Assembly (NCBI RefSeq): GCF_036971445.1
Contig: NC_091472.1
Span: 182,218,001 to 182,282,000, forward strand
Length of the DNA: 64,000 nt
Direction: 5' to 3'
From: Narcine bancroftii
Taxonomy: Eukaryota
Position numbers and translations under genes: made by a program
The notes under the pieces: generated by a model
Told to the model about the DNA's origin: nothing
What the model saw: only the letters and a program-made list of their open reading frames with translations
The model's database searches: none
Shown here: piece by piece, positions 27,092 to 39,250 of the stretch
How the letters are laid out: the number at the start of each line of letters is the position of its first letter
Numbering within the stretch: position 1 is the stretch's first letter

Positions 27092-27342
27092 GGGCAGCAC
27101 GGTTGGCAGAGTGGTTTATGCAACGCCTTGACACCACCAGCGATCAGGACCGCGGTTCGAATCCTGCGTTGTCCTTAAGGAGTTTGTACATTGTCCCTGT
27201 ATCTATGTGGATTTTCCCCAGGACCTCCGGTTTCCTCCCATGGTTCAAAATGTACTGAGGGTGTGGGTTAATTGGGTGTAAATTAGATGGCACGGACTTG
27301 TGGCCGAAATGGCCTGTTACCGTGCTGTATGTCTAAATTAAA
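27092..27342 (+). mobile_element. Full-length HE1-like SINE with Pol III boxes
   Basis: A-box-like TGGCAGAGTGG, B-box GGTTCGAATCC, TCCGGTTTCCTCCCA core, CR1-like tail GGCCTGTTACCGTGCTGTATG. Confidence 0.85.
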
Positions 27343-29573
27343 ATATTTTATAAATTTAATGCAATGCCATTCAGCTTCTCTGGTTCAGAAAAGGATAAAT
27401 AAAACTACAATGAATCAAAAAATGCTGGGAACACTCATCAGGCCAGGCAGCAACGATAAAAGTACAAAAAGAGTTAACATTACAAGCAAATAACCTCACT
27501 GTCTAAGTTTGTGTGAAAACGGGTTTGTCATCTGGACATTGTGGAAACAGGAAAGAAAAATCTAGGGCAATATATCTGCTTCTTTTCCTCAGTGATGCCT
27601 TTTTAGTTTTCAAAGTGGGGTCAGATGTAGAGTGAAGAGAACACAGAATTTCATCACTTCTGCTGAAAATTAGGCAGGCTGTGATGGGCACGTGTCATAT
27701 TGTTTGGGGGAATAAATAGCTGGTGATCAGTGCAGTTAAACTGTAGAAATAAACAAAAACTTAAAAATAGGTTAAGCAGGAAGAGCCTGGTAAATGTAGC
27801 AAAAGGCAAAACAAAAAAATCCTAGTCTAGAATTGGTTATTGCTAGGTGTATCGAGATATAATAAGAACATTTACTTTGTGTAGCATACAGGAGCTTGCA
27901 AACTGTTAATGTAATCACCCTTTGGCGCCATTCTGGATTTACGAGAAAAGGTTCACAGAAAATCCAAAGCTTGAGCAATGAGGTGGCACAAGCTGAAAAT
28001 GATCATAATGAAGGCACTTTGAGTGACCAGGCAGAAACAGGTGGCACACAAGATTTCGACTTAGTACTTCTGGTTTTCAGATTTAAATCTAATGGAAGAA
28101 GTTAGTTACTCACTTGGGACCATTTCAAATACCTTTGTTTGACTCGAGGACTGTGGTTCTCAACCTTTTTCTTTCCACTCATGTACTATTTTAAGTAATC
28201 CCCATGCCATCGGTGCTCTGTGATTAGTAGAAACATAGAAAGATAGAAGATAGGAGCAGGAGTAGGTCATTCGACCCTTCGAGCCTGCTCCGCCATTCAA
28301 CGAGATCACGGCTGATCTTAAAGTTCAGTACCACGTCCGCGCCTTCTCTCCGTAACCTTTAATACCCTTATACTGAAGAAATAGATCTAATTCCCTCTTA
28401 AATATATTTAATGAACCTGCCTCTACTGCCCTCTGTGGCAATCAATTCCACAGATTCACCACCCTCTGGGTAAAGAAATTCCTCCTCATCTCGGTCCTAA
28501 ATGGTTTGCCTATTATCCTCGAACCATGGCCCCAGGTTCTGGACTCCCCCACCATTGGAAACATCCCATCTGCATCCATTCTGTCCAGTCCTGCCAGAAT
28601 TTTATATGTCTCTATGAGATCCCCTCTCAATCTTCTAAACTCCAGCGAGTACAATCCCAATTTGCGCAATCTTTCCTCATAAGTCATTCCTGCCATTCCA
28701 GGGATCAGCCTGGTGAATCGCCTCTGCACTCCCTCCATTGCAAGAACATCCTTCCTTAGATAAAGTGACCAAAACTGCACACAATACTCCAGGTGTGGTC
28801 TCACCAAGGCCCTGTACAGCTGCAGTAAGGTATCCTTGTTCCTATACTCAAACCCTCTTGATATGAAGGCCAACATACCATTTGCCTTTTTAACCGCCTG
28901 CTGTACCTGCTTGCTCGCCTTCAGAGACTGGTGTACAAGTACCCCTAGGTCTCTCTGCACTTCCCCATCTCTTAATCTATTGCCATTCAAATAGTAATCT
29001 GCCCTCCGGTTTGTATTAGCAAAGTGGATAACCTCACATTTATCCACATTGTAGTGCATTTGCCATGTATCTGCCCAGTCCCTCAATTTATCCAAATCAC
29101 ACTGGAGCTACCTGACCCCCTCTTCCATGCTCACAACCCCTCCTAGCTTAGTGTCATCTGCAAATTTGGAGATATTACATCCAATCCCCTCATCCAGATC
29201 ATTAATGTAAATTGTGAACAGCTGGGGTCCCAGTACAGATCCCTGTGGCACCCCACTGGTCACCGCCTGCCACTCAGAAAATGAGCCATTTATCCCAACT
29301 CTCTGTCTTCTACCTGCCAACCAGTTCTCAATCCACATCAATACTTTGCCCCAATCCCATGAGCCTTGAGTTTGTAAGCCAGTCGTTTATGCGGGACCTT
29401 ATCGAAGGCCTTTTGGAAGTCCAGGTACACCACATCCACTGGCTCTCCCCCATCTATTTTGCCTGTCACCATCTCAAAGAATTCCAATAGATTTGTCAAG
29501 CACGATTTACCTTTTGTAAATCCATGTTGACTCTGTCTGATCCCTTCTCTGCTGGTCATATGCTCCGCTATTA

Positions 29574-29696
29574 CAGGTTCATTAAATATATTTAAGAGGG
29601 AATTAGATCTATTTCTTCAGTATAAGGGTATTAAAGGTTACGGAGAGAAGGCGGGGACGTGGTACTGAACTTTAAGATCAGCCGTGATCTCGTTGA
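29574..29696 (+). repeat. Inverted 123-bp copy of the CR1 3' region at 28297-28419
   Basis: Reverse complement with one mismatch by eye (GCGG versus GGGG). Confidence 0.92.
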
Positions 29697-30966
29697 TTAT
29701 CCAACTGCACGAAAACCAAAAAGGTCGGGTCAGATACAGCAATGAGCTCTCTGAACCCTTCTCCATTAACAATGGCGTGAAGCAAGGCTGTGTTATGGCA
29801 CCAACCCTCTTTTCAATCTTCTTCAGCATGATGCTGAACCAAGCCATGAAAGACCCCAACAATGAAGACGCTGTTTACATCCGGTACCGCACGGATGGCA
29901 GTCTCTTCAATCTGAGGCGCCTGCAAGCTCACACCAAGACACAAGAGAAACTTGTCCGTGAACTACTCTTTGCAGACGATGCCGCTTTAGTTGCCCATTC
30001 AGAGCCAGCTCTTCAGCGCTTGACGTCCTGCTTTGCGGAAACTGCCAAAATGTTTGGCCTGGAAGTCAGCCTGAAGAAAACTGAGGTCCTCCATCAACCA
30101 GCTCCCCACCATGACTACCAGCCCCCCCACATCTCCATCGGGCACACAAAACTCAAAACGGTCAACCAGTTTACCTATCTCGGCTGCACCATTTCATCAG
30201 ATGCAAGGATCGACAATGAGATAGACAACAGACTCGCCAAAGCAAATAGCGCCTTTGGAAGACTACACAAAAGAGTCTGGAAAAACAACCAACTGAAAAA
30301 CCTCACAAAGATAAGCGTATACAGAGCCGTTGTCATACCCACACTCCTGTTCGGCTCCGAATCATGGGTCCTCTACCGGCACCACCTACGGCTCCTAGAA
30401 CGCTTCCACCAGCGTTGTCTCCGCTCCATCCTCAACATCCATTGGAGCGCTTACATCCCTAACGTCGAAGTACTCGAGATGGCAGAGGTCGACAGCATCG
30501 AGTCCACGCTGCTGAAGATCCAGCTGCGCTGGATGGGTCACGTCTCCAGAATGGAGGACCATCGCCTTCCCAAGATCGTGTTATATGGCGAGCTCTCCAC
30601 TGGCCACCGTGACAGAGGTGCACCAAAGAAAAGGTACAAGGACTGCCTAAAGAAATCTCTTGGTGCCTGCCACATTGACCACCGCCAGTGGGCTGATATC
30701 GCCTCAAACCGTGCATCTTGGCGCCTCACAGTTTGGCGGGCAGCAACCTCCTTTGAAGAAGACCGCAGAGCCTACCTCACTGACAAAAGGCAAAGGAGGA
30801 AAAACCCAACACCCAACCCCAACCCACCAATTTTCCCCTGCAACCGCTGCAATCGTGTCTGCCTGTCCCGCATCGGACTTGTCAGCCACAAACGAGCCTG
30901 CAGCTGACGTGGACTTTTTACCCCCTCCATAAATCTTCGTCCGCGAAGCCAAGCCAAAGAAAGAAA
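29694..30966 (+). mobile_element. Young RTE/BovB-type LINE, 5'-truncated, inside the CR1
   Basis: Uninterrupted ORF to 30907 (LFADD, zinc finger), AAAG tail; CR1 resumes at ACATCC. Confidence 0.97.
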
Positions 30967-33099
30967 ACATCCTTAATAATGGATTCCATCTTTTTGCCCA
31001 CTACTGATGTAAGGCTCACTGGCCTATAATTCCCCGCTTTTTCTCTACCCCCCCCTTTTTAAATAGTGGGGTAACATTAGCTACCCTCCAATCCATGGGT
31101 ACTGATCCTGCGTCTATCAAGTTCTGGAAAATAATATTCTGAAAGCATCTGCTATCTGAATGGCCACTTCCTTAGATACCCTAGGATGTATCAGGCCCTT
31201 GGGATTTATCTGCCTTCAATCCCATCAATTTCCCCAAGACCATGTCCTTAGAGATACTGATTTCTTTCAGTTCCTTCCTTGCATTAGTCTCTATGTTTCC
31301 CAACATCCTTGGGAGGTTATTTGTATCCTCTCTTGTAAAAACAGAACTAAAGTAAGAATTTAATTGGTCTGCCATTTCCTTATTCCCCATTATATATTCC
31401 CCTGATTCTGACTGCAAAGGACCTACTCTGGATTTCACCAATCTTTTCCTCTTGACATATTTATAAAAGCTTTTGCGGTCGGTTTTTATATTTGCCACAA
31501 GCTTACTTTCGTAATTTATTTTTGCTCTCTTGATTAATCCCTTTGTCCTCCTTTGGTGCATCTTGAACTGCTCCCAGTCTTCGGTTGTGCTACTTTTTTT
31601 GGCCAATTGATATGCTCTCTCTTTGGACCCAATGCTGTCTCTAATTTCCCTTGTTATCCACGGTTGAGTCACCTTTTTTTGGTTTATTTTTATGCCAAAC
31701 CGGTATAAACGATTTTTGCAATTTCTCCATTAGATCTGTGAATGCTTTCCATTGTCTATCCACAGTGAACTCCCCCATAAACACCACCCAATCAATCTTA
31801 CTCAACTCCCGTCTCATACCATCATAATTCCCTTTATTTAAATTCAGGACCTTAGTCTCGGTTTTAATTTCATCACTCTCCATGTCGAGTGAGAATTCGA
31901 TCATATTGTTATCGCTCCAACCCAAAGGGCCTCGTACAACAAGATTGTTGATTAGCCCCTTATCATTGCATAATACCCAATCTAAAATGGCCTGCTCCCA
32001 AGATGGTTCCTCAACATATTGGTCTAGATAACCGTCCCGTAAACATTCAAGGAATTCCTCCTCCTCAGTATTTTTACTAATTTGGCTAGTCCAATCTATA
32101 TGCAAATTAAAGTCTCCCATGATGACAGCTGTTCCCTTATTGCACGCTTTTCTAATTTCTCTTTTAATGCCTTCCCTCACCTCTACACTACTATTTGGAG
32201 GCCTATATACCACCCCAACTAACGTTTTCCGCCCCTTGCTATTCCTCAGTTCTACCCATATAGATTCCGCATCTTCCGAGTTGATATCCTTTCTGTCAAT
32301 CGTGTCGGTCCCTTCTCTCACCATCAATACTACCCCACCCCCTTTTCCTTCTTGCCGATCCTTCCTAAATATCGTATACCCCGGGATGTTAAGTTCCCAG
32401 GCTTGCCCACCCTGCAGCCATGTTTCTGTAATCCCAATCAAATCATATTTGTTTATCTCAATTTCCACAGCTAATTCATCTACCTTGTTCTGAATGCTTC
32501 TTGCATTAAGATATAAAGCCTTCAGATTTGCTTTTTTCACCCTCCTTGCTCTTTCTGATTTTTTTGCTTTCACTGCCTAACCTAACTTTTCCTGTTTTAT
32601 CTTTTCTGTCCTTTGCCCTATCATACAGGTTCCCACCCCCCTGACAAATTAGTTTAAACCGCACCCGACGGCTGTACCAAACCTAGCTGCCAATATATTG
32701 ACCCCTTTTGGGTTTAGGTGTAACCCATCCTTCTTGTAGAGGTCATGCCTTCCCCAAAAGAGATCCCAATGATCCAAGAAGCCAAAACCCTGCTTAAGGT
32801 GGTAATGTGAGAGGGAAGGGAAGGTTGAGATAAACACAGCTCGAGACCCAATTGTGACTGAAATATTTTGCTTGAGAAAAATTGTCATTGGCCCATTTCC
32901 TTTGGAGTTATGAAACTGTGCACATAACGAGTCAATTCGGAATGATTAAAACAGTGATTTTCAAACTTTTTCTTTCCACCCACATACCACCTTAAGCAAT
33001 CCCTTATTAATCACGGAACATTTTATGGCATAGGGAATACTTAAAGTGGTATGTGAGTGGTAAGTAAAAGGTTAGGAACCACTGATCTAAAGTAAGTAG

Positions 33100-33840
33100 A
33101 GCAGGAGGATAAGAACACAGCCCTGTGGTGCTCTGGTACTGATGGAGATTGTGGAGGAGATGTTCTTACCAGTCCTTACTGATGTACTGTGGAGATGAGG
33201 ATATCTGGGATCCAATTACACAGTGGGGTATTAAGATCCAGGTCTTAGAGTTTTCTGATCAATTTTAAGGGGATGATATTGTTCAATGCCAAACTGTAGT
33301 TGATAAAGAGAACCCTGATGTATGCATCTTTGCTGTCCAGGTGTTTCTCGGCTATGAGTAGAGCCAATGAGATGGTGTTCGTCGTAGACCTGTTGCTATG
33401 ATGGGCAAACTGGAATGGATCCATATTACTGCTCAGGCAGGACCTGATATGTTTCAACACCAACCTTTCAAAACATTTCATCACTGTGGATGTTGATAAT
33501 CATTTTGGCAGGTTACCACACTCTTCTTGGGCACCAATATGTTTGATGCCCCTTTAAAACAGATGGGTACCTACCAGAGTGAGATGTTGAAGATATTTGC
33601 GAATACATTGCTAAGTTGGTCAGCACAGATTTTTAATACTCGGCTGGGTTCTCCGTCCAGACTGGATGCTCTCCTCAGATTCACTCTCCTGAAGGCAGGT
33701 TGCACATCATCCTCATATATGGAGAGGAGGGGATTATCAAGGGGACAGTGGTGATTCTTTCTTGTTCTTGCAGTCATATCAGGTGTAGAAGGCATTAAGT
33801 TCATCTGGAAGTGAAGCTTTGCCATCTCCTACTGCACCAG
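33100..33840 (-). mobile_element. Rex1/Babar RT remnant
   Basis: MKCFERLVLKHI...DPFQFA...NRST...YIRVLFINYS and VLKICADQL motifs. Confidence 0.85.
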
Positions 33841-34261
33841 ATTTGTTCATAACAATGAATGCAGATGAATCATGATTATTCTGATTGAACAGCAAAGAAG
33901 ACCAAATATATGAATAAACTATGAGAATTTCCAGCAATAAAACTTTTGCGCAAATTATGTGGGATCCATTAATTAATTTGATGGAAGTATTTTGTCAGAT
34001 TAAGTGTATTATATCTGACAATTGTGGGTATGATGTCCTAGACAGAAGTAGGCATCACCTTGACATAAATGCAACATCTGACCCAGGGTTAAGTATTGGG
34101 GGAACATTATCACTTAAATGGAATGTTCAATAACGAAAACTCATATGAATTGCCTCATAGAAATAGAGTTTTAAATTCACTTGGATTTGGCAAATAACCA
34201 AATATCATTTAACCAAAGTTGAAAAAACAGTTTTAGCATCACCATAAAAACAAGAATCAAA

Positions 34262-37154
34262 CAGCAGAAAAGAACCAGCAGAAAAGAACAAGTTCTACAC
34301 CGACCTGCGCAACCTCATCCAACGTACCCCTACAGCCGACAAGGTTGTCATCCTGGGCGACTTCAACGCTCGTGTCGGCAAAGACTCAGAAACCTGGCCA
34401 GGAATCCTGGGCAAGCATGGCGTCGGCAAGTGCAACGACAATGGGCGCCTCCTGTTGGAGCTCTGCGCAGAACAGCGGCTTGTCATTACAAACACCCTTT
34501 TTCAGCAGAGGGACAGCCTTAAGACCACCTGGATGCATCCCCGATCCAAACACTGGCACCTCCTGGACTACATCCTGGTGCGAGAAAGTGACAAACAAGA
34601 TGTGCTCCACACCAGGGTCATGCCTAGCGCGGAATGCCACACTGACCACCGGCTGGTTCGCTGCAAGCTCAACCTTCACTTCAAGCCAAAGCCCAGGAAC
34701 AATAAAGCCCCCAGAAAGAGGTTCAATGTTGGAAAACTGCAGTCAGACGAAGCGAGAGGAAACTTCCAGGCAAACCTCAAAGCAAAGCTCGACGTTGCAA
34801 CCCGCCTCACGGACCCGTCCCCTGAAACCCTCTGGGATCAGTTGAAGACTACCATACTGCAATCCACTGAAGAGGTACTGGGCTTCTCCTCCAGGAAAAA
34901 CAAGGACTGGTTTGACGAAAACAGCCAGGAAATCCAGGAGCTGCTGGCAAAGAAGCGAGCTGCCCACCAGGCTCACCTTACAAAGCCGTCCTGTCCAGAG
35001 AAAAAACAAGCCTTCCGTCGCGCATGCAGCCATCTTCAGCGCAAACTCCGGGAGATCCAAAATGAGTGGTGGACTAGCCTCGCCAAACGAACACAGCTCA
35101 GCGCGGACATTGGCGACTTCAGGGGTTTCTACGAGGCTCTAAAGGCTGTGTACGGCCCCTCACCCCAAGTCCAAAGCCCGCTGCGCAGCTCAGATGGCAA
35201 AGTCCTCCTCAGCGACAAGATCTCCATCCTCAACCGATGGTCAGAACACTTCCAATCTCTTTTCAGTACCAACCGCTCAGTCCAAGATTCCGCCCTGCTC
35301 CAGCTCCTTCAACAGCCCCTAAGGCTAGAGCTGGATGAGGTTCCCACCCTGGATGAGACATATAAGGCAATCGAACAACTGAAAAGTGGCAAAGCAGCAG
35401 GTATGGATGGAATCCCCCCAGAAGTCTGGAAGGCTGGCGGCAAAACTCTGCATGCCAAACTGCATGAGTTTTTCAAGCTTTGTTGGGACCAAGGTAAACT
35501 GCCTCAGGATCTTCGTGATCCCACCATCATCACCCTGTACAAAAACAAAGGCGAGAAATCAGACTGCTCAAACTACAGGGGAATCACGTTGCTCTCCATT
35601 GCAGGCAAAATCTTCGCTAGGATTCTACTAAATAGAATAATACCTAGTGTCGCCGAGAATATTCTCCCAGAATCACAGTGCGGCTTTCGCGCAAACAGAG
35701 GAACCACTGACATGGTCTTTGCCCTCAGACAGCTCCAAGAAAAGTGCAGAGAACAAAACAAAGGACTCTACATCACCTTTGTTGACCTCACCAAAGCCTT
35801 CAACACCGTGAGCAGGAAAGGGCTTTGGCAAATACTAGAGCGCATCGGATGTCCCCCAAAGTTCCTCAACATGATTATCCAACTGCACGAAAACCAACAA
35901 GGTCGGGTCAGATACAGCAATGAGCTCTCTGAACCCTTCTCCATTAACAATGGCGTGAAGCAAGGCTGTGTTCTCGCACCAACCCTCTTTTCAATCTTCT
36001 TCAGCATGATGCTGAACCAAGCCATGAAAGACCCCAACAATGAAGACGCTGTTTACATCCGGTACCGCACGGATGGCAGTCTCTTCAATCTGAGGCGCCT
36101 GCAAGCTCACACCAAGACACAAGAGAAACTTGTCCGTGAACTACTCTTTGCAGATGATGCCGCTTTAGTTGCCCATTCAGAGCCAGCTCTTCAGCGCTTG
36201 ACGTCCTGCTTTGCGGAAACTGCCAAAATGTTTGGCCTGGAAGTCAGCCTGAAGAAAACTGAGGTCCTCCATCAGCCAGCTCCCCACCATGACTACCAGC
36301 CCCCCCACATCTCCATCGGGCACACAAAACTCAAAACGGTCAACCAGTTTACCTATCTCGGCTGCACCATTTCATCAGATGCAAGGATCGACAATGAGAT
36401 AGACAACAGACTCGCCAAGGCAAATAGCGCCTTTGGAAGACTACACAAAAGAGTCTGGAAAAACAACCAACTGAAAAACCTCACAAAGATAAGCGTATAC
36501 AGAGCCGTTGTCATACCCACACTCCTGTTCGGCTCCGAATCATGGGTCCTCTACCGGCACCACCTACGGCTCCTAGAACGCTTCCACCAGCGTTGTCTCC
36601 GCTCCATCCTCAACATCCATTGGAGCGCTCACACCCCTAACGTCGAGGTACTCGAGATGGCAGAGGTCGACAGCATCGAGTCCACGCTGCTGAAGATCCA
36701 GCTGCGCTGGATGGGTCACGTCTCCAGAATGGAGGACCATCGCCTTCCCAAGATCGTATTATATGGCGAGCTCTCCACTGGCCACCGTGACAGAGGTGCA
36801 CCAAAGAAAAGGTACAAGGACTGCCTAAAGAAATCTCTTGGTGCCTGCCACATTGACCACCGCCAGTGGGCTGATAACGCCTCAAACCGTGTATCTTGGC
36901 GCCTCACAGTTTGGCGGGCAGCAGCCTCCTTTGAAGAAGACCGCAGAGCCCACCTCACTGACAAAAGGCAAAGGAGGAAAAACCCAACACCCAACCCCAA
37001 CCAACCAATTTTCCCTTGCAACCGCTGCAATCGTGTCTGCCTGTCCCGCATCGGACTGGTCAGCCACAAACGAGCCTGCAGCTGACGTGGACTTTTTACC
37101 CCCTCCATAAATCTTCGTCCGCGAAGCCAAGCCAAAGAAGAAAAGAAAAAAAAA
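34262..37154 (+). mobile_element. Longest young RTE/BovB-type LINE copy, truncated within the endonuclease
   Basis: 16-bp TSD AAAAACAAGAATCAAA (34246-34261, 37155-37170); A/AAG tail. Confidence 0.98.
34263..37085 (+). CDS. RTE polyprotein reading frame (partial APE endonuclease, RT, C2H2-like finger); no native start codon
   Basis: Open frame with VILGDFNARVG, HLLDYIL, TDH, NYRGITLL, KQG, LFADD and CNRC...SH; conserved KAFD reads KAFN here. Confidence 0.85.
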   Translation, partial: SRKEPAEKNKFYTDLRNLIQRTPTADKVVILGDFNARVGKDSETWPGILGKHGVGKCNDNGRLLLELCAEQRLVITNTLFQQRDSLKTTWMHPRSKHWHLLDYILVRESDKQDVLHTRVMPSAECHTDHRLVRCKLNLHFKPKPRNNKAPRKRFNVGKLQSDEARGNFQANLKAKLDVATRLTDPSPETLWDQLKTTILQSTEEVLGFSSRKNKDWFDENSQEIQELLAKKRAAHQAHLTKPSCPEKKQAFRRACSHLQRKLREIQNEWWTSLAKRTQLSADIGDFRGFYEALKAVYGPSPQVQSPLRSSDGKVLLSDKISILNRWSEHFQSLFSTNRSVQDSALLQLLQQPLRLELDEVPTLDETYKAIEQLKSGKAAGMDGIPPEVWKAGGKTLHAKLHEFFKLCWDQGKLPQDLRDPTIITLYKNKGEKSDCSNYRGITLLSIAGKIFARILLNRIIPSVAENILPESQCGFRANRGTTDMVFALRQLQEKCREQNKGLYITFVDLTKAFNTVSRKGLWQILERIGCPPKFLNMIIQLHENQQGRVRYSNELSEPFSINNGVKQGCVLAPTLFSIFFSMMLNQAMKDPNNEDAVYIRYRTDGSLFNLRRLQAHTKTQEKLVRELLFADDAALVAHSEPALQRLTSCFAETAKMFGLEVSLKKTEVLHQPAPHHDYQPPHISIGHTKLKTVNQFTYLGCTISSDARIDNEIDNRLAKANSAFGRLHKRVWKNNQLKNLTKISVYRAVVIPTLLFGSESWVLYRHHLRLLERFHQRCLRSILNIHWSAHTPNVEVLEMAEVDSIESTLLKIQLRWMGHVSRMEDHRLPKIVLYGELSTGHRDRGAPKKRYKDCLKKSLGACHIDHRQWADNASNRVSWRLTVWRAAASFEEDRRAHLTDKRQRRKNPTPNPNQPIFPCNRCNRVCLSRIGLVSHKRACS

Positions 37155-37783
37155 AAAAACAAGAATCAAAGAATATGGGAAAAATGTCAAATTTATGGCT
37201 TTTGGTCATTGTTGAAACAATAAGCAGCCATTACATTGAGCAAAATGGCTTGTAGATGTCATTGAGCATCACAGGGCAAAATAACAGAATTAAAATCAGT
37301 AAATACTGACCCAGTAAATATTGACCCAGGATTATGTCAGCTCAACTGCTGTGTATGTTAATTCAATTCTTTTATGCCAATGGTATCCTGATGTTGAAAC
37401 TCATTTTTCAGAATTGCAAATACACCATTTTGATGAATAAGCTTATCAAGGCTTCAACTCCCATTGATATACCCCTCAATACTGCCAGGGAAACAAGTGC
37501 TCCAATAAACACAGATCATCCCCTAGCCCGCCATAAAACCAAATAACCTCGCGACAACAGGGCAGTGGAGTGAGAGAAATATGGCCTCAATGCCAAGAGT
37601 TAGCTGACCTGGAGTTTTAGTTCTCATATTCATGTGAATGCTGTTGGCAGAGTTTGATATGTATGATTGTGTGAGGTGAGTGATGCTCATTTCACCTGTC
37701 TATAGTTTTTTTTTACTATTGATCAAAACAGGAATAATGAACACAGGACTGTTGTGATAAGGGTGAAGGGAGAAATGAGGGAA

Positions 37784-37849
37784 ATTATAAATCCCTCCAG
37801 AAAACATTATAAATCCCTCCAGAGGACATTACGAATCCCTCCATAGGAT
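37784..37849. repeat. 22-bp tandem repeat, 3 copies
   Basis: ATTATAAATCCCTCCAGAAAAC / ATTATAAATCCCTCCAGAGGAC / ATTACGAATCCCTCCATAGGAT. Confidence 0.85.
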
Positions 37850-38249
37850 ATTTTTATTCTATGAAGAAAATTGGAGTCCCTGGACCAGAGGATGCGAATG
37901 CAATAAAACTAATATTATGATTGATGAAAAGGTTCCATTGAAAAAGACTACATTAATTTCCATTAACTGTCATCTACTCTCCAATAAACTGTTAGCCCCA
38001 AAGTCCCGATATGAATTGTGGAATCTGATATTGTAAAGTCAATGATCACTCAAGAAGCACTTTTCATTAAGATTTCTAAAAGGCTTTTCGTTTTCATAGT
38101 TTATGTAGATAACTTGTGCTCGTTAGTATTCAGACATGAGATCATTGTACCTTCAAGAGAGATCTATGTCTACTCTTTTGGTGCTTTTACTGGTGGCTGG
38201 ATTTTTTCACCTGAAGACCACAATCAGAGAGGATTGGTATGAATATCTC

Positions 38250-39250
38250 TACAATTTCCATCGGTACTGGAGCACCACAGGGCTGTGTTTTTATCCCCCT
38301 GCTCTACTCGTATACATCTATGCCTGTGTAGCTCGATTTGACAACAACCACATCGACAAATTCGCTGATGATACCACGGTAGTGCGTTGCATAAAAAGGG
38401 GAAATGAGTCAGGATACAAGAGGGAGATTGAAACCTTGGCTAAATGGTGCACCAACAACAACCTCGCATTCAATGTCACCAGAACCAAGGAGCTGATCGT
38501 TGACTTCAGGAAGGGAAAACAAAAGGTGTACGATCTAGTGATTATTGGAGGATCAGAGGTGGAGAGAATGAGCAAATTTAAGTTCTTGGGAATCACTATC
38601 ACAGAAGATCTTTACTGGAAACAACACACTAATGGCATAATGAAGAAAGCACCTCTACTTCCTCAGAAGTTTGTGAAGGTTTGGTATGACATCTGAAACC
38701 CTGGCAAATTTCTACAGATGTGCAGAGGAAAGTGTGCTGACTGGCTGCTTCATAGTCTGGTATGGGGATACCAAACCCCTGAGTGTAAAGCCCTGCAGGA
38801 GGTAATAGACGCAGCCCAGGCCCATCGAGAGCATCTACATCTCTCTGACGGAACACTGCTGTCCGAGAGCAGCAGCAAACATCAAGGATCCACAACGCCC
38901 AGTACCCACTTTGTTCTCACTGCTACCACAAGGACAGAGGAATAGAAGCCACAAGACTCACATGATGATGCTACCCCCTCCACCATCAGACTCCTCAACA
39001 ACAAACTCAATCAGTGACTCATTTAAAGACTTACTTTTGCACTTCATTTATTTTTTTCTCTCTGTATTGCACAGTCAGTTTGTTGACATTTCTTTATTTG
39101 TTTATATGTGTACATATCTTCTTCAATACAGTTTTTTTGAATTACCAATAAGTGGTAATTCTGCCTTGCCCGCAGGAAAAAGAATCTTAGGTGATATGTG
39201 ATGCCATCCATGTTCTCTGATAATAAATATGAACTTTGAACTTTGAACAT
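38250..39250 (+). mobile_element. Rex1/Babar 3' portion
   Basis: KFADDTTVV, TKELIVDFRK and FKFLGITI motifs; (GAACTTT)n tail at about 39231-39248. Confidence 0.88.

Larger units (their letters stand above)
28230..32790 (-). mobile_element. CR1 LINE: ORF1 esterase C-terminus, APE endonuclease, RT and 3' tail
   Basis: DGLHLN (32649-32790); YLNARS...GITETW...MGDFN (31641-32573); [28 protein letters not shown]; microsatellite-like tail at 28230-28255; several frameshifts. Confidence 0.95.
28151..33084. mobile_element. Composite hAT-like MITE (28151-28229 plus 32791-33084) split by CR1
   Basis: Rejoined halves match 62012-62383 with the spacer in reverse orientation. Confidence 0.8.

Noticed and set aside
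27092-27175. tRNA gene
   Set aside because: The A and B boxes belong to a SINE head that continues into the SINE core and CR1-like tail; no cloverleaf.
27896-28105. 69-aa ORF with natural-looking composition
   Set aside because: No convincing splice sites or domain; the length is expected by chance.
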